Below are positions 38,741 to 52,102 of a stretch of DNA of 64,000 bases, piece by piece. Both the position numbers and the translations under genes were made by a program. The notes under the pieces are model-generated. The model had not been told where the DNA came from. It worked only from the letters and a program-made list of their open reading frames with translations, and searched no databases. Within the stretch, counting starts at the first letter, position 1, and each line of letters starts with the position of its first letter. Origin of the DNA: Octopus bimaculoides. Taxonomy: Eukaryota. The stretch lies in NCBI RefSeq assembly GCF_001194135.2, contig NC_068981.1:191236834-191300833 (forward strand). The letters run 5' to 3'.

Positions 38741-39279
38741 TATTACTAGCATATATAATGGTAAGAAATTCTCAAGAGAGCTAAACAAGGTTTTTGAAGA
38801 AGAAACACTACTACCACTGCCCCTCACCCTCAGGCAAGTATTTCAGCCCTTAACTTCTTATACTCCTAGGGAGCCAGGCTGAATCCCAATCATGACTCCT
38901 GGGTGCCTTCTACTGACACTTATTAACCACTTGGATATTTAAACCACTCAGAGAAAGATAGGTGTATGTAGGTAGATATATAGGCTCACACATACACATG
39001 TGTACACACGCACACACAAACACACACAAACACGCACACACACACACACACACATATAAAATAGTTTTATTTTGGCCAAATCAGTCTGTTGTTACTCTGA
39101 AGTTTCACCTGTGTCTTCATGAGATCATCAGACAAATTATGCTTCACAGTAACTAGTAACTGACTTGACCAAAATAGAAATTATTAAGTTCTGCTAGAGT
39201 ATTGAGTACTTTCTCTTCTGGCAGTTTACATTAAATGTGTGTGTGTGTGTGTAAATATATATATATATATATACTCTTA

Positions 39280-39691
39280 GCCTTTTACTCTTTTACTTGT
39301 TTCAGTCATTTGACTGTGGCCATGCTGGAGCACCGCCTTTATAGTTGAGCAAATCGACCCCAGAGCTTATTCTTTGGAAGCCTAGTACTTATTCTATCAG
39401 TCTCTTATGTCAAACCACTAAGTTACGGGGATGCAAACACACCAGCATTGGTTGTCAAGTGATGCTGGGGGAACAAACAGACACACAAACATATACACAC
39501 ACCTACACACATATACACATATATATACATATACGAAAGGCTTCTTCCAGTTTCTGTCTACCAAATCCACTCACAAGGCTTTGGTCGGCCCAAGGCTATA
39601 GAAGACACTTGCCCAAGGTGCCATGCAGTGGGACTGAACCCAGGACAATGTGGTTGGTAAGCAAGCTACTTACCACACAGCCACTCTTGTG

Positions 39692-39695
<4 letters not shown>
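39280..39695 (-). mobile_element. SINE family B, full length
   Basis: Head, CORE-like segment, internal microsatellite and tail all present. Confidence 0.85.
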
Positions 39696-39754
<59 letters not shown>

Positions 39755-39979
39755 TTTTACTTTTAAACTAGAATATTATTGGCATTAACTTCAGTGTTTG
39801 GCCAAAACTTCAAAGTTACTATCAATAATATTCTTGTTTAAGAATAATATATTTATACTCTGTAAAAGTATAGAGTAACCCATCAGATTAATGTAAAATT
39901 GTTTTTTTTTAACTGAACATAAAAACAATGTATTATTAATGTTGCTCCCCCGATGAAAAGGATTGGCCTGCAAGAGCCA

Positions 39980-40190
39980 TGTGCTAATGCCACAGAAAAA
40001 GCACTCATACCAGCACCACATTAAAAGCACCCAGTACACTCTGTAAAGTGGTCGGCATTAGGAAGGGCATCCAGTTGTAAAAACCAAGCTAAATCAAACT
40101 GGAACCTCGTGCAGCTCTCTTGCTTGCCAGCTCTGGTCAACCCGTCCAACCCATAACAGCATGGAAAATGGACATTAAACGAAGAGGAGG
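39980..40190 (+). mobile_element. Family C (RTE 3'UTR)
   Basis: Core and tail. Confidence 0.75.
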
Positions 40191-42088
40191 AGGATGTATG
40201 TATGTAGATGCAAGGCTTTGATCAGTCTGGGGCTTTGATAAGAAATATTTGTGCCGTGCTTTGCTGTGGGGTTGAACTTGACACTGCTTAGTTATGAAAC
40301 ATGCCAACAACCTTTGCATTGTCAGGAGATTTCTTTTTAGAATCCCTCTCTTTGTTTAAAACTCTACAATGTAGTTTGTTAATCTACAACAATAATACGG
40401 AACTTGAAATGTAAAATTGTATCACTGACCTTTCAAACTTATCAATATTCCACTAAAATTTTACATTGATTCTCAGGTTTTTCTTATTGATTTTTATGAT
40501 TAAATGGGGGAAAAAAATGTAAAATTCACTTTCTTTATAGCTTATTTCAACTAGAAATTCTTTTTTTTTTTNNNNNNNNNNNNNNNNNNNNNNNNNNNNN
40601 NNNNNNNNNNNNNNNNNNNNNNNNNNNNNNNNNNNNNNNNNNNNNNNNNNNNNNNNNNNNNNNNNNNNNNNNNNNNNNNNNNNNNNNNNNNNNNNNNNNN
40701 NNNNNNNNNNATATATATATATATCTGTAATATATATATATATATATATAATGTGTGATATATATATATATATATATATATATTATTTCATAAGTCTTTT
40801 ATTCTTTCTTTTTTTTTTTCATCCAAATAATTCACTATGGAAATATTCTTATGGCAACTATTAATTAGAGGTTTTGCTTTTTTATGTTTGTTGTTTTTTT
40901 TTGTTTTTATATTGTAACCAAAAGATAATTCAAAAGACATCTTTAATATTTTTTTTCTTTATACATTTATTATTATATTTCTTACAATGTACTACCAATT
41001 CTATCATGGCTTTTAAGTAATTGAACAGTTTCCGGAATTGTTTTTGTGCCAGTGGGGCTGGTGGCTGGGTAGGTGGTTCCGTTACTTTTCATCTGATGGC
41101 TTTCGCCGTCTTACAATAGAGTCATGTATCTTGTAGCATTATCTTTACTCCATTTATCGTATTTGTAAAATTATAATTTCAAAAAGAAATTTACAGGTGT
41201 TCAACCTGAAACTTAGAAATGGAATTTGCTTCAGACATTCAAATATAATGGTATATCAGGAATTAATAACAGCTTCAGAAATGTTTCTTCTTGTTTAACA
41301 GCTTCTGTCAAGAGGAGGTAATTGTGATGGTGACCTTCACTGCTTCCTCATGATTGGTCAAATTGATGTGATTGATATTCAACCTGGGCAGCTGCCAGAC
41401 AGCATCTTAGCAGAAACATCGTTTGGGATGTTGAGGTGCTAGAGAGTTACGAAGAGCAAAGACCATGGTAACAGTGGTAGAAAAAAGCAAAAGGAAGAGA
41501 CATGTGGCTGATGGTCAGAGCTTGTAATGTATTTGTGAGTGAATCCATCTAATATATGGTTGTGAGTGTAGCATTAATACATGGCTATATAACATGTGGA
41601 CCATTTCTGCTGTTCCCAACACTATTCTTCCTTTTACAAACAAATGCAACAGCAGCAGCTATACAACCACAACGTCCATTTCGTTTTTTGTGTGGCCTTG
41701 TGGTTAGGGTGTTGCACTCATGATCACTAGTTTGTGGGTTCAATTCCCAGACTGAGTGGCATGTTGTATTCATGAGCAAAACACTTCCTTTCACATTGCT
41801 CCAGTCCACTCAGCTGTAAGTGGGTACACCCTACAATGGACTAGCTTTCCAAGTGAGTGGGGGTGGGGGAGGGGTTGGCCAGCTCACTTAGCCAGCCGGG
41901 TGACATCATTCAAAAGCTAAAAAAATGATGCAAAGTAGATTGTGACTAATGAGGCACAGCAACATCCAATAGTCTGGTCAATCACAGTCAAATGAATTTC
42001 TACAGAGAGATACAAAATCTCTTTTAATAAATCCAAAATAATGGAAGATATTAATCATTGTCAAAAACCGTCATGTCTGAGAAGCTTG

Positions 42089-42119
<31 letters not shown>

Positions 42120-42127
42120 AGTATGTA

Positions 42128-42190
<63 letters not shown>

Positions 42191-42594
42191 CCTTGTCTTG
42201 ACATCACGTGATAATTGCAAATGAACATCATCATTATGCAAGTGATGTTGTTTGTTTCCATTCTTCCACAAAAAACATGCTTGAGCATGGGGGAAATATT
42301 ACTTTGCTTGGAAAAACATGCAGGTTGGTGACAGGAAAGGCATCTAGCCATAGAAAATTTGTCTCTATGAATTCCATCTGATCCATGCAATTATGGAAAA
42401 GTGAACTTTAAATGATGATGACAGTGGTGGTGGCGGTAGCAATGGTGGTGATGATGATGATGGTGAACTTTTAGCTAAACAAGGACCATCATCTTTGTGT
42501 TGCTTTATTTAGCAATCAGCCCATCTCTTTTATATTGTCTTTAACACAGTATAACAGAAATCCTTTAAAAACAATTGCAAGTCAAAATTTTCCT

Positions 42595-43001
42595 TTAACC
42601 TTTTTGTCACCATATTTCTGTTTAAATACTCTGCTGTTGTTTCAATTGATTTAGAAAATAAACAAAGAATTTGATAAAACAATTTCATCATTATTAACGC
42701 TTTAGCTTCCAGATTAGCCTGTCAAACACAATGTTTATTGACATTGTCTTGAATTATTCATACAATATTTCACAGCTTCAAGATTTTGATAATGTAATAG
42801 TTTAGTTATCAACTGATATTGTACAGTAAGGCATGAGAGGCCAGATATGGCCAGTTAAAATGCAAATGCGTTAATCGTATGTTTAGAGCATAAATTAACA
42901 TGAAATTTTGATGGTAGGTATTAAATTAGATTACTTTACAACAGCAAGTTCGTATCTGAGAACCATGGATAGTGTCAGGCAGGTTAGCATCAAAAGGGTT
43001 A
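42595..43001. mobile_element. piggyBac-like MITE, long version of unit B
   Basis: TTAACCTTTTTTGTCACCATATTTCTG...ATCAAAAGGGTTAA. Confidence 0.7.
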
Positions 43002-43405
43002 AAAAGAATTCAGAGTTTGTAAAATAAGTTAAGCAACTCAAAAGACTGAAAATTTAAATATTTTTCTTCTGGTTCCTGATCAAATTCAAGTTTAAGCATA
43101 AAGTTGTCAACTTCCAAGTTGCTTAGATATTTCTATGTCAACTTTTAACTTGCTCCAATATTTGTATGCCAACTTATAACCTTGTCCAATAAGTATGCTA
43201 ACTTGTAGTAACCTATGTCAGCTTGTAACTTCTTCACACACCTGTATGCCATTAAACTGACCAATGTTAAACAATGGCATCACATAAATCTCAATTCCAC
43301 ACTAGTGTTGCTGACAACAGGTTCTACTTGAATCAATGAAGGAGCCTCTACTCAGGTGATCAACTTGCTAGAAATAACAATCAAATCTCTCTCCAATAAC
43401 ATTGA

Positions 43406-44071
43406 TATTGTGTTCAGTCAAAACTTCTGCAATATTTTGGTAACTTATTTACTTTATTCATCAAGTCACAACAAAAGCATCTTGTTGCACTGTTTGAAGC
43501 CACCTTTCTGCTAGTTCTTTGATCCCATGTTGACACCAGTTCTTAGTCTTTGAGGTGAAGAACTCCTTCACTGAAGCTTCCGCCTCCACTTGTTCCAATG
43601 CATGGCTCACTTCCAGCACTTCAACGAAAGGGAGGTGGAAGCTTCAGTGAAGGAGTTCTTTGTCTCGAAGGACCAGAACTAGCATCAGCATGAGATCAAA
43701 GACTGCCAGAAAGGTGGTGAGCTGGCAGAAATGTTAGCACGCCGGGCAAAATGTTTAGCAGTATTTCATCTGCCATTACGTTCTGAGTTCAAATTCCACC
43801 GAGGTCGACTTTGCCTTTCATCCTTTCAGGATCGATAAATTAAGTACCAATTATGCACTGGGGTCGATGTAATCGACTTAATCCCTTTGTTTGTCCTTGT
43901 TTGTCCCCTATGTGTTTAGCCCCTTGTGGGCAATAAACAAATAAGAAAGGTGACTTCAGACCATGCAACATGATGGCCTCTACTTTGAGTGTTAGGATGG
44001 GTTTCGTGTAACTTGATGAATAAAACAAATGAGTTACTAAACTGTTGCAAAACATTTGACTCAACACAATC
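43406..44071. mobile_element. Non-autonomous mariner made of two back-to-back 3' transposase ends, interrupted by a SINE
   Basis: Minus copy reads EAEASVKEFFTSKTKNWCQHGIKELAERW. Plus copy reads EVEASVKEFFVSKDQN..RW[SINE]LQTMQHDGLYFE. TIRs TTGTGTTCAGTCAAAACTTCTGC and GCAAAACATTTGACTCAACACAA. Confidence 0.75.
43717..43943 (+). mobile_element. tRNA-derived SINE family A, full length
   Basis: 9-bp TSD AGAAAGGTG at 43708-43716 and 43944-43952. B-box-like gagttcaaattcc. Confidence 0.9.
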
Positions 44072-45667
44072 ATATTGTGTGAAGGGAAGGATAAAGGATA
44101 TATTGAGAATATAACCTGTGGTAAACTGTCAGATAAGATAGGGTGGTCAAGGCTAGAATGTCTTTGATCGTAGGATTACTCTAGAGCTAACAACAACATC
44201 AACAATAGGTTGTATTTGGATTTAACAGATCTCTGATAAATGGTGGGAGTATATGTAAGGTTAAGAAGTCTGCTCCCTAACCATATGGTTTCAGGTTCTG
44301 TCCCATTGTGCAACACCTTGGCTGTCTTCTGCCATAGCCCCAGGCTAACCAAAGTTTCGTGAGAGGATTTGGTAGACAGAAACTAAAAGAAACCTCTATG
44401 TTGTCGTATAAAAGTAGGGACACATTAGATAATGCAGTCCTATATCCAAATTATATTATTTTTATACTTGCTGAGTGTGAAGGAAGGGTCAGAGCCCATG
44501 ACCCTTACAGACACTCCAAGACTGGTGAGATTGATTGGTGCTATTAATGTTGGTTTTAAACTGTTATAAGTCAACACTTACAGGAAAGACATAAGCAAGG
44601 AGGAGATTCCAGAAGGATGATGTCCAGAGGAAGAAAGACTGGGAATTGTAGTTGGTACAGTGAAAGGAGGTGGGTGGATGCAACAAGGATGATGAGAGGC
44701 AGAAGTGAGTGAGTCAGAAATACCTGAGTGATTGAGGTATGATACTGGCTGTAACTGAGAACTCAAGGCCTTTAAAGGTGATAGAAAAGACAGAGTAGAT
44801 AGTACACCTGTAAGCCAGAGGCAAGATTTTGTCTGCTGGTGATGGAATGTCAATCAGTTAGAGGCTCTGCTTTAGATATTGTAGTCTCAACACACAGTGT
44901 TTTGTAGAAAGATGGGATGGTCACAACTGGAATGCCTTTGATCTTAAGTCTGCATAATTGCAGCCAATTTGAAGCTAAGCAATAACAACTACTACAACAC
45001 CGTCTAGTTTCAGTGTGTGAACCATTAATGCCAAAATCCAGAAGTATGTTTAAATTGTAATACTTAATGCCAGTTATTTCCTTATTTTAGTGTCTGAAGA
45101 CCTCATAAAAATATATCTGTCCTTTCCACTCTCTACCTACATTATTTTGCTGTAAGAACAAGTTAATAATATTGTTGTGTTAGTCCAGAAATTCAATCTG
45201 CAGAACATTGTGGAATACAATAAAATTTCTTAACTACAGACTCCAGTTCCTACATCCAAGCCTTTCCCTCTGACTGTTTTATTGGTGACAGCTATAGATT
45301 ATCTCTTATACAATGAACTTCTTATCTTCCAACTGAAATCCTGGCATCATGAAATGCAAGTGTTCTGTTTCTATACTGTTGCTTTGCTGTAGTTATTTAA
45401 AGCAATGATGCCTGGCTCAGTTATATAGTAGTTAACTAACTGGTACTCTGTTGATTACGGTCAACGGAACAGCCTTCACATGAAATTAACATGCAAGTGG
45501 CTGAGTACTCCACAGACACGTGCACCTGTAATGTAGTTCTCAAGGAGGTTCAGTATGAATTAGAATGTAACGTGGCTGTTACTACATACCATAATCTCTC
45601 CAATGCCATTAATCACTTTCTTTCCACTATCCTACTTCCAGTCCTTCGTTTTTATCATCCCCACCTG

Positions 45668-46090
45668 CCACCCTTCTCTCACATCCCACCCTTCTCCCAC
45701 ATCCCACCCTTCTCCCACATCCCACCCTTCTCCCACATCCCACCCTTCTCCCNNNNNNNNNNNNNNNNNNNNNNNNNNNNNNNNNNNNNNNNNNNNNNNN
45801 NNNNNNNNNNNNNNNNNNNNNNNNNNNNNNNNNNNNNNNNNNNNNNNNNNNNNNNNNNNNNNNNNNNNNNNNNNNNNNNNNNNNNNNNNNNNNNNNNNNN
45901 NNNNNNNNNNNNNNNNNNNNNNNNNNNNNNNNNNNNNNNNNNNNNNNNNNNNNNNNNNNNNNNNNTCCACATCCCACCCTTCTTCCACCTTTCTCCTGCA
46001 TGCCACCCTTCTCCCACATGCCACCCTTCCACATGCCACCCTTCCACATACCACCCTTCTCCCACCTACCACTCTTCTCCTACCTGCCAC
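45668..46090. repeat. 18-bp pyrimidine-rich minisatellite (TCCCACATCCCACCCTTC)n spanning an assembly gap
   Basis: Seen directly on both sides of N-run 45753-45965. Confidence 0.9.
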
Positions 46091-47729
46091 CCTTCTTCAC
46101 TATTCACTCCATTCATCCCCTATATACATCTGACCACTTCCACTCCTGTATCTCTGTCTCCATCTCTCACAAGCCTCTCTCACACACTTGTAGCCTTTCC
46201 CACTTTCCCTGCTTCTTCTGTATTCATGCTTTCTTCTATTCAGCTTTTGAGCCAAGGTGCTTCCATATTTTACTTCTCTTTTGAGCCCCACTCATCCACC
46301 CATACAAAATGAAAAGTAGCCCTGAAGCTTTTTCCCTAAAGGTAAACCTGTTTCTACTCCTCCCTTTATACTTTAACCTCCCAACATTTAGCATAAAGCT
46401 GCCCTCCACTCTGCCAAGGAGGTTCTTTAATCCTTCAAGTTAACCTGGCAGCCTCACCAGTGATGGTGCCATACAAAAAGTATTCGGTACACTCTGTAAA
46501 GTGGTTGGCATTTAGAGGTCATTCAGCTGCAGAAATCATGCACAAACTAAGATGTGGTTCTCTGACCCATTGGATCTGGTCAGAATGTCTAACCCATGCC
46601 ACAATGGAAAGCAGAGGTAAAAATGGTTACGTTGAGGTGTCTTTTATTCTTCAAGTAACCACAATCAGCATGCACCCTGCAATGTTGCCCAAGAATCTCT
46701 GTCTGTTATTACCTTGTCCACTGCTTGTAGACATTCTCCAGCAAACCTGGTGTGTTGCATAAGAATGATGATGATGATGATGATGACGATGATGATGGTG
46801 ACACTCACTGACAATGATGAAAATAATGCAGCTGCTGCTACTGATGATAGTGAAGTTGAGGATTATGATGATGATGCTGACAGTGAAATAAATATATTTA
46901 AACTACTGTCGTTAACAATGTTCAGAAATCATTGTTGAATCAACTCCACTGAAAACATAACAAATTACATAAATACATTTATTCATAAATTGCATTGAAA
47001 TATTTAAATTGAATCAATTCTTTGCTACACATTCTTAACGACGTCAGAAAAATGACAAATGAAAGAATGTCAACTACCTCATTATATAATATGCAAATGA
47101 GAGTAATCCAAATTTTCCCCTGTTTGCTTAGACTTGGTTGAATAAAAAGCTATTGGCAATAATGAAAACTGTGACGTCTTATAATATTATTGGGATAAAC
47201 TGAGAAAACAATGTTGAAAGAAAGAAAGGACAATATATTGCTTGATCAATTACAATATTTTTAAGGGCCAAAAAAAGGTGAAATTTTACAATAGGTTGTG
47301 CCAAATGCTCATGCACTTATCCTTCTCCTCATCAAGATCCTCATCATCAGTTAACATCTATATTCCTTTCTGGTATGGGTTGGATGGTTTGAAAAGGATC
47401 CAATGGGTCCAATGGTGGCCTCATCCTCTCGTGTCTGCTTTGATATGGTTTCTATGGTTGCATGCTCTTCTTAATACCAGCAACTTTACAATATGTACTG
47501 GGTGGTTTTTTTCCATCTCACTGGCACTAGTGAGGTTGCATGCAGCTTACAAGACTATGAAGCCCAAGGCAGGTTGAGGGTGGGTGAACAGCTTTATTCT
47601 ACAAGACGAGAGGTTAAAGCAGGACTCTCCAAAGTGGTCAATGGGACTATTCAAGGGGTTGATAAATGCACATAATACATATGTCTGTGTGTATGTATGT
47701 GTGTGTGTGTGTGTGTATATATATAAATA

Positions 47730-48060
47730 TATCATCATCGTTTAATGTCCGCTTTCCATGCTAGCATGGGTTGGACGATTAGACTGAGGACTGCAAGCCA
47801 GAAGGCTGCACCAGGCTCCAATCTGATTTGGCAGAGTTTCTACAGCTGGATGCCCTTCCTAACGCCAACCACTCCGAGAGTGTAGTGGGTGCTTTACGTG
47901 CCACCGGCACAAGAGCCAGTCAGGTGGTACAGGCAATGGCCACGCTCAAATGGTGTTTTTTACGTGCCACCTGCACGAGAGCCAGTCCAGCGGCACTGGC
48001 AACGACCTCACTCGAATGATTTTCTAACGTGCCACCAGCACAAGTGCTAGAAGGCAATGC
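47730..48060 (-). mobile_element. Family C (RTE 3'UTR) with 3 modules
   Basis: Reverse complement of 17400-17757. Confidence 0.85.
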
Positions 48061-48372
48061 TATGTGGGTATATATATATGTATATATATATATATATTCA
48101 TGCATGTATGTTTGTGTCTTTGTCTTGGCATTGTGTGGTAGTTGTAAATGAGTATCACTGTCATACAAGCAGTATCATTCACTTCCAGTCTTCCATGTAA
48201 AACAAGTGAGGGTTGGCAACAGAGAAGGCATCAGCTGTAGAAAATCTGCATCAATAAATTTCGTCCAACTCATACAGTTATGGAAAAGTGGATGTTAATG
48301 TGATGATGATATGTATGTGTGTGTGTGCATGCATATATCATCATCATTGTTTTGTCTGCTTGCCATGCTGGC

Positions 48373-48416
<44 letters not shown>

Positions 48417-48441
48417 NNNNNNNNNNGTGTGTGTGTGTGTG

Positions 48442-48472
<31 letters not shown>

Positions 48473-48579
48473 AGTTCCTTTTGAGCATTTTCTCAGTTCC
48501 TCATGGAAGCAAATAAATGCAAGCGCTAATTTATGTTGGGCCTCATGGAAGCAAAGTGGCTGCGCTCCTTATGAGTGAT

Positions 48580-48865
48580 GGGCCTCACGGAAGCAATGAC
48601 CAAGATCTTTGGCATTATGTCGTGCTTGAGAAGATGACCCATCAAGCTGAACAAAATTGCAGTCATAGCAGATACCTGTGTCACACAAATGGCACATAAA
48701 AGCACCCATTATACTCTCAGAGTGGTTGGCATTAGGACGGGCATCCAGCAGTAGAAAACCATGCCAAATCAGACTAGATCCAGGCGCGGCCTTCCAGTGT
48801 ACCAGTCCAGTCAAACCATCCAACCCACGCCAGCATGGACAACGGACGTTAGATGATGATGATAT
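48580..48865 (+). mobile_element. RTE LINE 3' end: ORF end, 3'UTR core and (GAT)n tail
   Basis: GLTEAMT/QDLWHYVVLEK (frameshifted) runs continuously into the family C core and tail. Confidence 0.8.
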
Positions 48866-48871
48866 ATATAT

Positions 48872-48941
<70 letters not shown>

Positions 48942-50469
48942 ATGTGTGTGTTACATAAATGAAGAAGAGTTTGTTGGTTTTTCTTTTTAATGTCATGTTA
49001 AACTTTACTTATATGTGCAGCTTTAAAATACAATTTGAATTTCTATTTTGTTACTGTTGGTTCTATTTTCAACAATACTATTTACATTCTCAGCAAACTC
49101 CATGAAGTTTTACTTGTATGGCAGGTACATTTACAGACTGGTCTATCTTAATTAGGTTTGTCTGCTTGTCCAGTGCAGTTTAGAATGTCACTAGTAGACA
49201 GTTCAAATGTCTCTCCAAAAATCATTGATGTAACAACAGTCTATCACAAGTGCTCTGATTAAGTGCACCAGACTTAATCCTCGGTGCCATTCAAAGATGG
49301 TTGTTGTCAGAGTGAGTCAGTTGTATTTTGGAGGAAGTGGGTGTTAAAAGAATAACAAAAGAAAAAGAGAAAAAGAGAGAGAGAGTGAGGAAAAGTTAGT
49401 AACAAATTCCTAGTGAAAGATGTGCTTTCGAATGTCACCATTTATCAAGTTTGGCGGCATTATCAATAGAAGAGAAATTTAAGCAGGATGACATAGCATT
49501 TTCTGGTTTGTATTCTAAGAAGGAAGTTCAGATGACTTGAGAGGTGTTATATTTTCCTTTTCACTTGTCTAAACTGAAAAAGAGATCTTTGTTAAAGTCA
49601 GCGATGTTCCATATTACAGAACTGAATGTTAGCAGAAGTGTTCGATATTGCGCAACAGATGCAGTCATAGCTGTGTGGTTAAGAAGTTCGCCTCACAACT
49701 ATGTGGTTTCAGGTTCAGTCCCACTGTGTAGCTCTTGGACACGTATTTTATACTATAGCTCTGGGCTGCCCAAAGCCTTGTGAATAAATGTAATTGATGA
49801 AAACTGAAAGAAGCTTGTTGTGTGTGTGTGTGTATACCTTATCATTTATCTTTTACTTGTCTCAGGCATTAGATAGCGGCCATGGAGGGGCACTGCTTTG
49901 AAATTTTAGTCAAATGAATCAACCTCAGTATTTTTCCTTTTCAAAGCCTGGTACTTATTCTATCAGTCTTTTTTGCTGAAATGCTAAATTATTGTTGTAA
50001 AGCGGTCTTTTGCCACTGTTTTATCTGTCTTCTGATGACAGTTGTAGCTCTGACAGATGTTGTTATATTCAAAAGTCATCCATAGAATGGTTCTGTCTGA
50101 CACTGTATGACAACCCCCCCCCCACTTTCATACAGTGTTATTATCCTGAAAAGTTTGAATCATTATAACATCCAACTCAGTATCACAGTATAATTACTAT
50201 ACCAACACACACGCGACTATCAGCACAGTCTACATGTACTCTCGACCTTCTTTTTCCTTCTCCTCTGTCAATCAGCTACTGGTTTATTTATAATGGCTGG
50301 CTACTCCCTTTTTTACCAGGAGGGGTGTACATTTTCACTGTACAACAGTTATGGGGACATAAACAAACCAACACCAGTTGTCAAGTGATGGTGGGAGACA
50401 AACACAGACACAAAGGCACACTCACACTAATATATAACTATCTTTCTCTCTCCCTCTCTCTCTCCCTCC

Positions 50470-50536
<67 letters not shown>

Positions 50537-51414
50537 NNNNNNNNNNNNNNNNNNNNNNNNNNNNNNNNNNNNNNNNNNNNNNNNNNNNNNNNNNNNNNNN
50601 NNNNNNNNNNNNNNNNNNNNNNNNNNNNNNNNNNNNNNNNNNNNNNNNNNNNNNNNNNNNNNNNNNNNNNNNNNNNNNNNNNNNNNNNNNNNNNNNNNNN
50701 NNNNNNNNNNNNNNNNNNNNNNNNNNNNNNNNNNNNNNNNNNNNNNNNNNNNNNNNNNNNNNNNNNNNNNNNNNNNNNNNNNNNNNNNNNNNNNNNNNNN
50801 NNNNNNNNNNNNNNNNNNNNNNNNNNNNNNNNNNNNNNNNNNNNNNNNNNNNNNNNNNNNNNNNNNNNNNNNNNNNNNNNNNNNNNNNNNNNNNNNNNNN
50901 NNNNNNNNNNNNNNNNNNNNNNNNNNNNNNNNNNNNNNNNNNNNNNNNNNNNNNNNNNNNNNNNNNNNNNNNNNNNNNNNNNNNNNNNNNNNNNNNNNNN
51001 NNNNNNNNNNNNNNNNNNNNNNNNNNNNNNNNNNNNNNNNNNNNNNNNNNNNNNNNNNNNNNNNNNNNNNNNNNNNTATATATATATATATATGTATGTA
51101 TGTATATATATATTTACAAAAAATAAAGGTACTCAGAGATCTGGATGGTTGTACATTTACAGATTTTTATTAATATGTCACATGTTTTTATAAATCATAA
51201 ATTAGCGCTTGCATTTATTATAGTAGAATCTCCATATTTCAATGTCTGTTTTAACTTCGTTTTTGTGTCTGGATGTCCTTCTGAATGCCAACCACTTTAC
51301 AGAGTGTACTGGGTGTTTTTTATGTCACTCTGGCACTAGAGAGGTTACCAAGTAGCTTACTAGGGAACACACCTCAAATGAGTTGGGGTGTAGTGTCGAA
51401 GTGAGATGATGAGA

Positions 51415-51725
51415 AGTTAGTTTGATAATAGTGAAATTATTGTGTATAGTGCTCAAATGCACTACAACTCATCAAAGGTGCAATGTACAGTAGATAGAAG
51501 TATGTACAAAAGTCAGGAAAGTGAACAGTGTATGATTCATGATATACCTGTATGGAGGGGTGGATATCAGGTGTAGTGTTGGTGAATTTCAGGAAGCATG
51601 GAGGTTTTAAAGGATGCAATGTCTCGGCAACTAACAACCGATGCAGGTAGTTTGTTCCATGCTTCAGCAACTCTGAGTGTGAAAAAAGTGTTTCCAAAAG
51701 TCATGGGAGTTGTGCTGTTTTCTGA
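51415..51725 (-). mobile_element. CR1-group LINE 3' end
   Basis: Minus strand FFTLRVAEAWNKLPASVVSCRDIASFK is the CR1 C-terminal RVxxxWNxLP motif, followed by a 3'UTR. Confidence 0.8.
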
Positions 51726-52102
51726 CTTATAATTACATCTACTGAACTTTAGATTTAAAACTGGAATTTATGAAATAATCATTTACAGATATCTGAAGAC
51801 TATTGAATTTTATTATTATTATTATTTGGTTATTTATTATAGAAATGATTCATTTATCTTCCAGCATCAGCATAATTTAGTAAAACATAACACATTTAAT
51901 TAAATGAAGCACAAAATTGTAATTTAGCATGTTTCACTACATCACGACATATATTTATTAATTTAAAGGATGCTGTTAATTGCATCATCATGCTTTCCTG
52001 TGGATTTTTCAAAATTAATAAAAATATATGATTTAATTTCTTTTGAATTTTAATTTGTTTTCATTGTTTTAAACATATATGGATTTTGTTTTGTTCTTAC
52101 AG

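Noticed and set aside
44740-44775. MILAVTE resembling a LINE APE endonuclease motif
   Set aside because: Too short, with no other APE motifs in frame.
45491-46312. Long ORFs of 128-273 aa in several frames
   Set aside because: Stop-free minisatellite plus an N-gap, with no protein signature.
50030-50075. CTGATGA followed by a short stem (possible hammerhead)
   Set aside because: No GAAA after the stem and no stem I partner.
50325-51173. 282 aa ORF
   Set aside because: Mostly N-gap and microsatellite.
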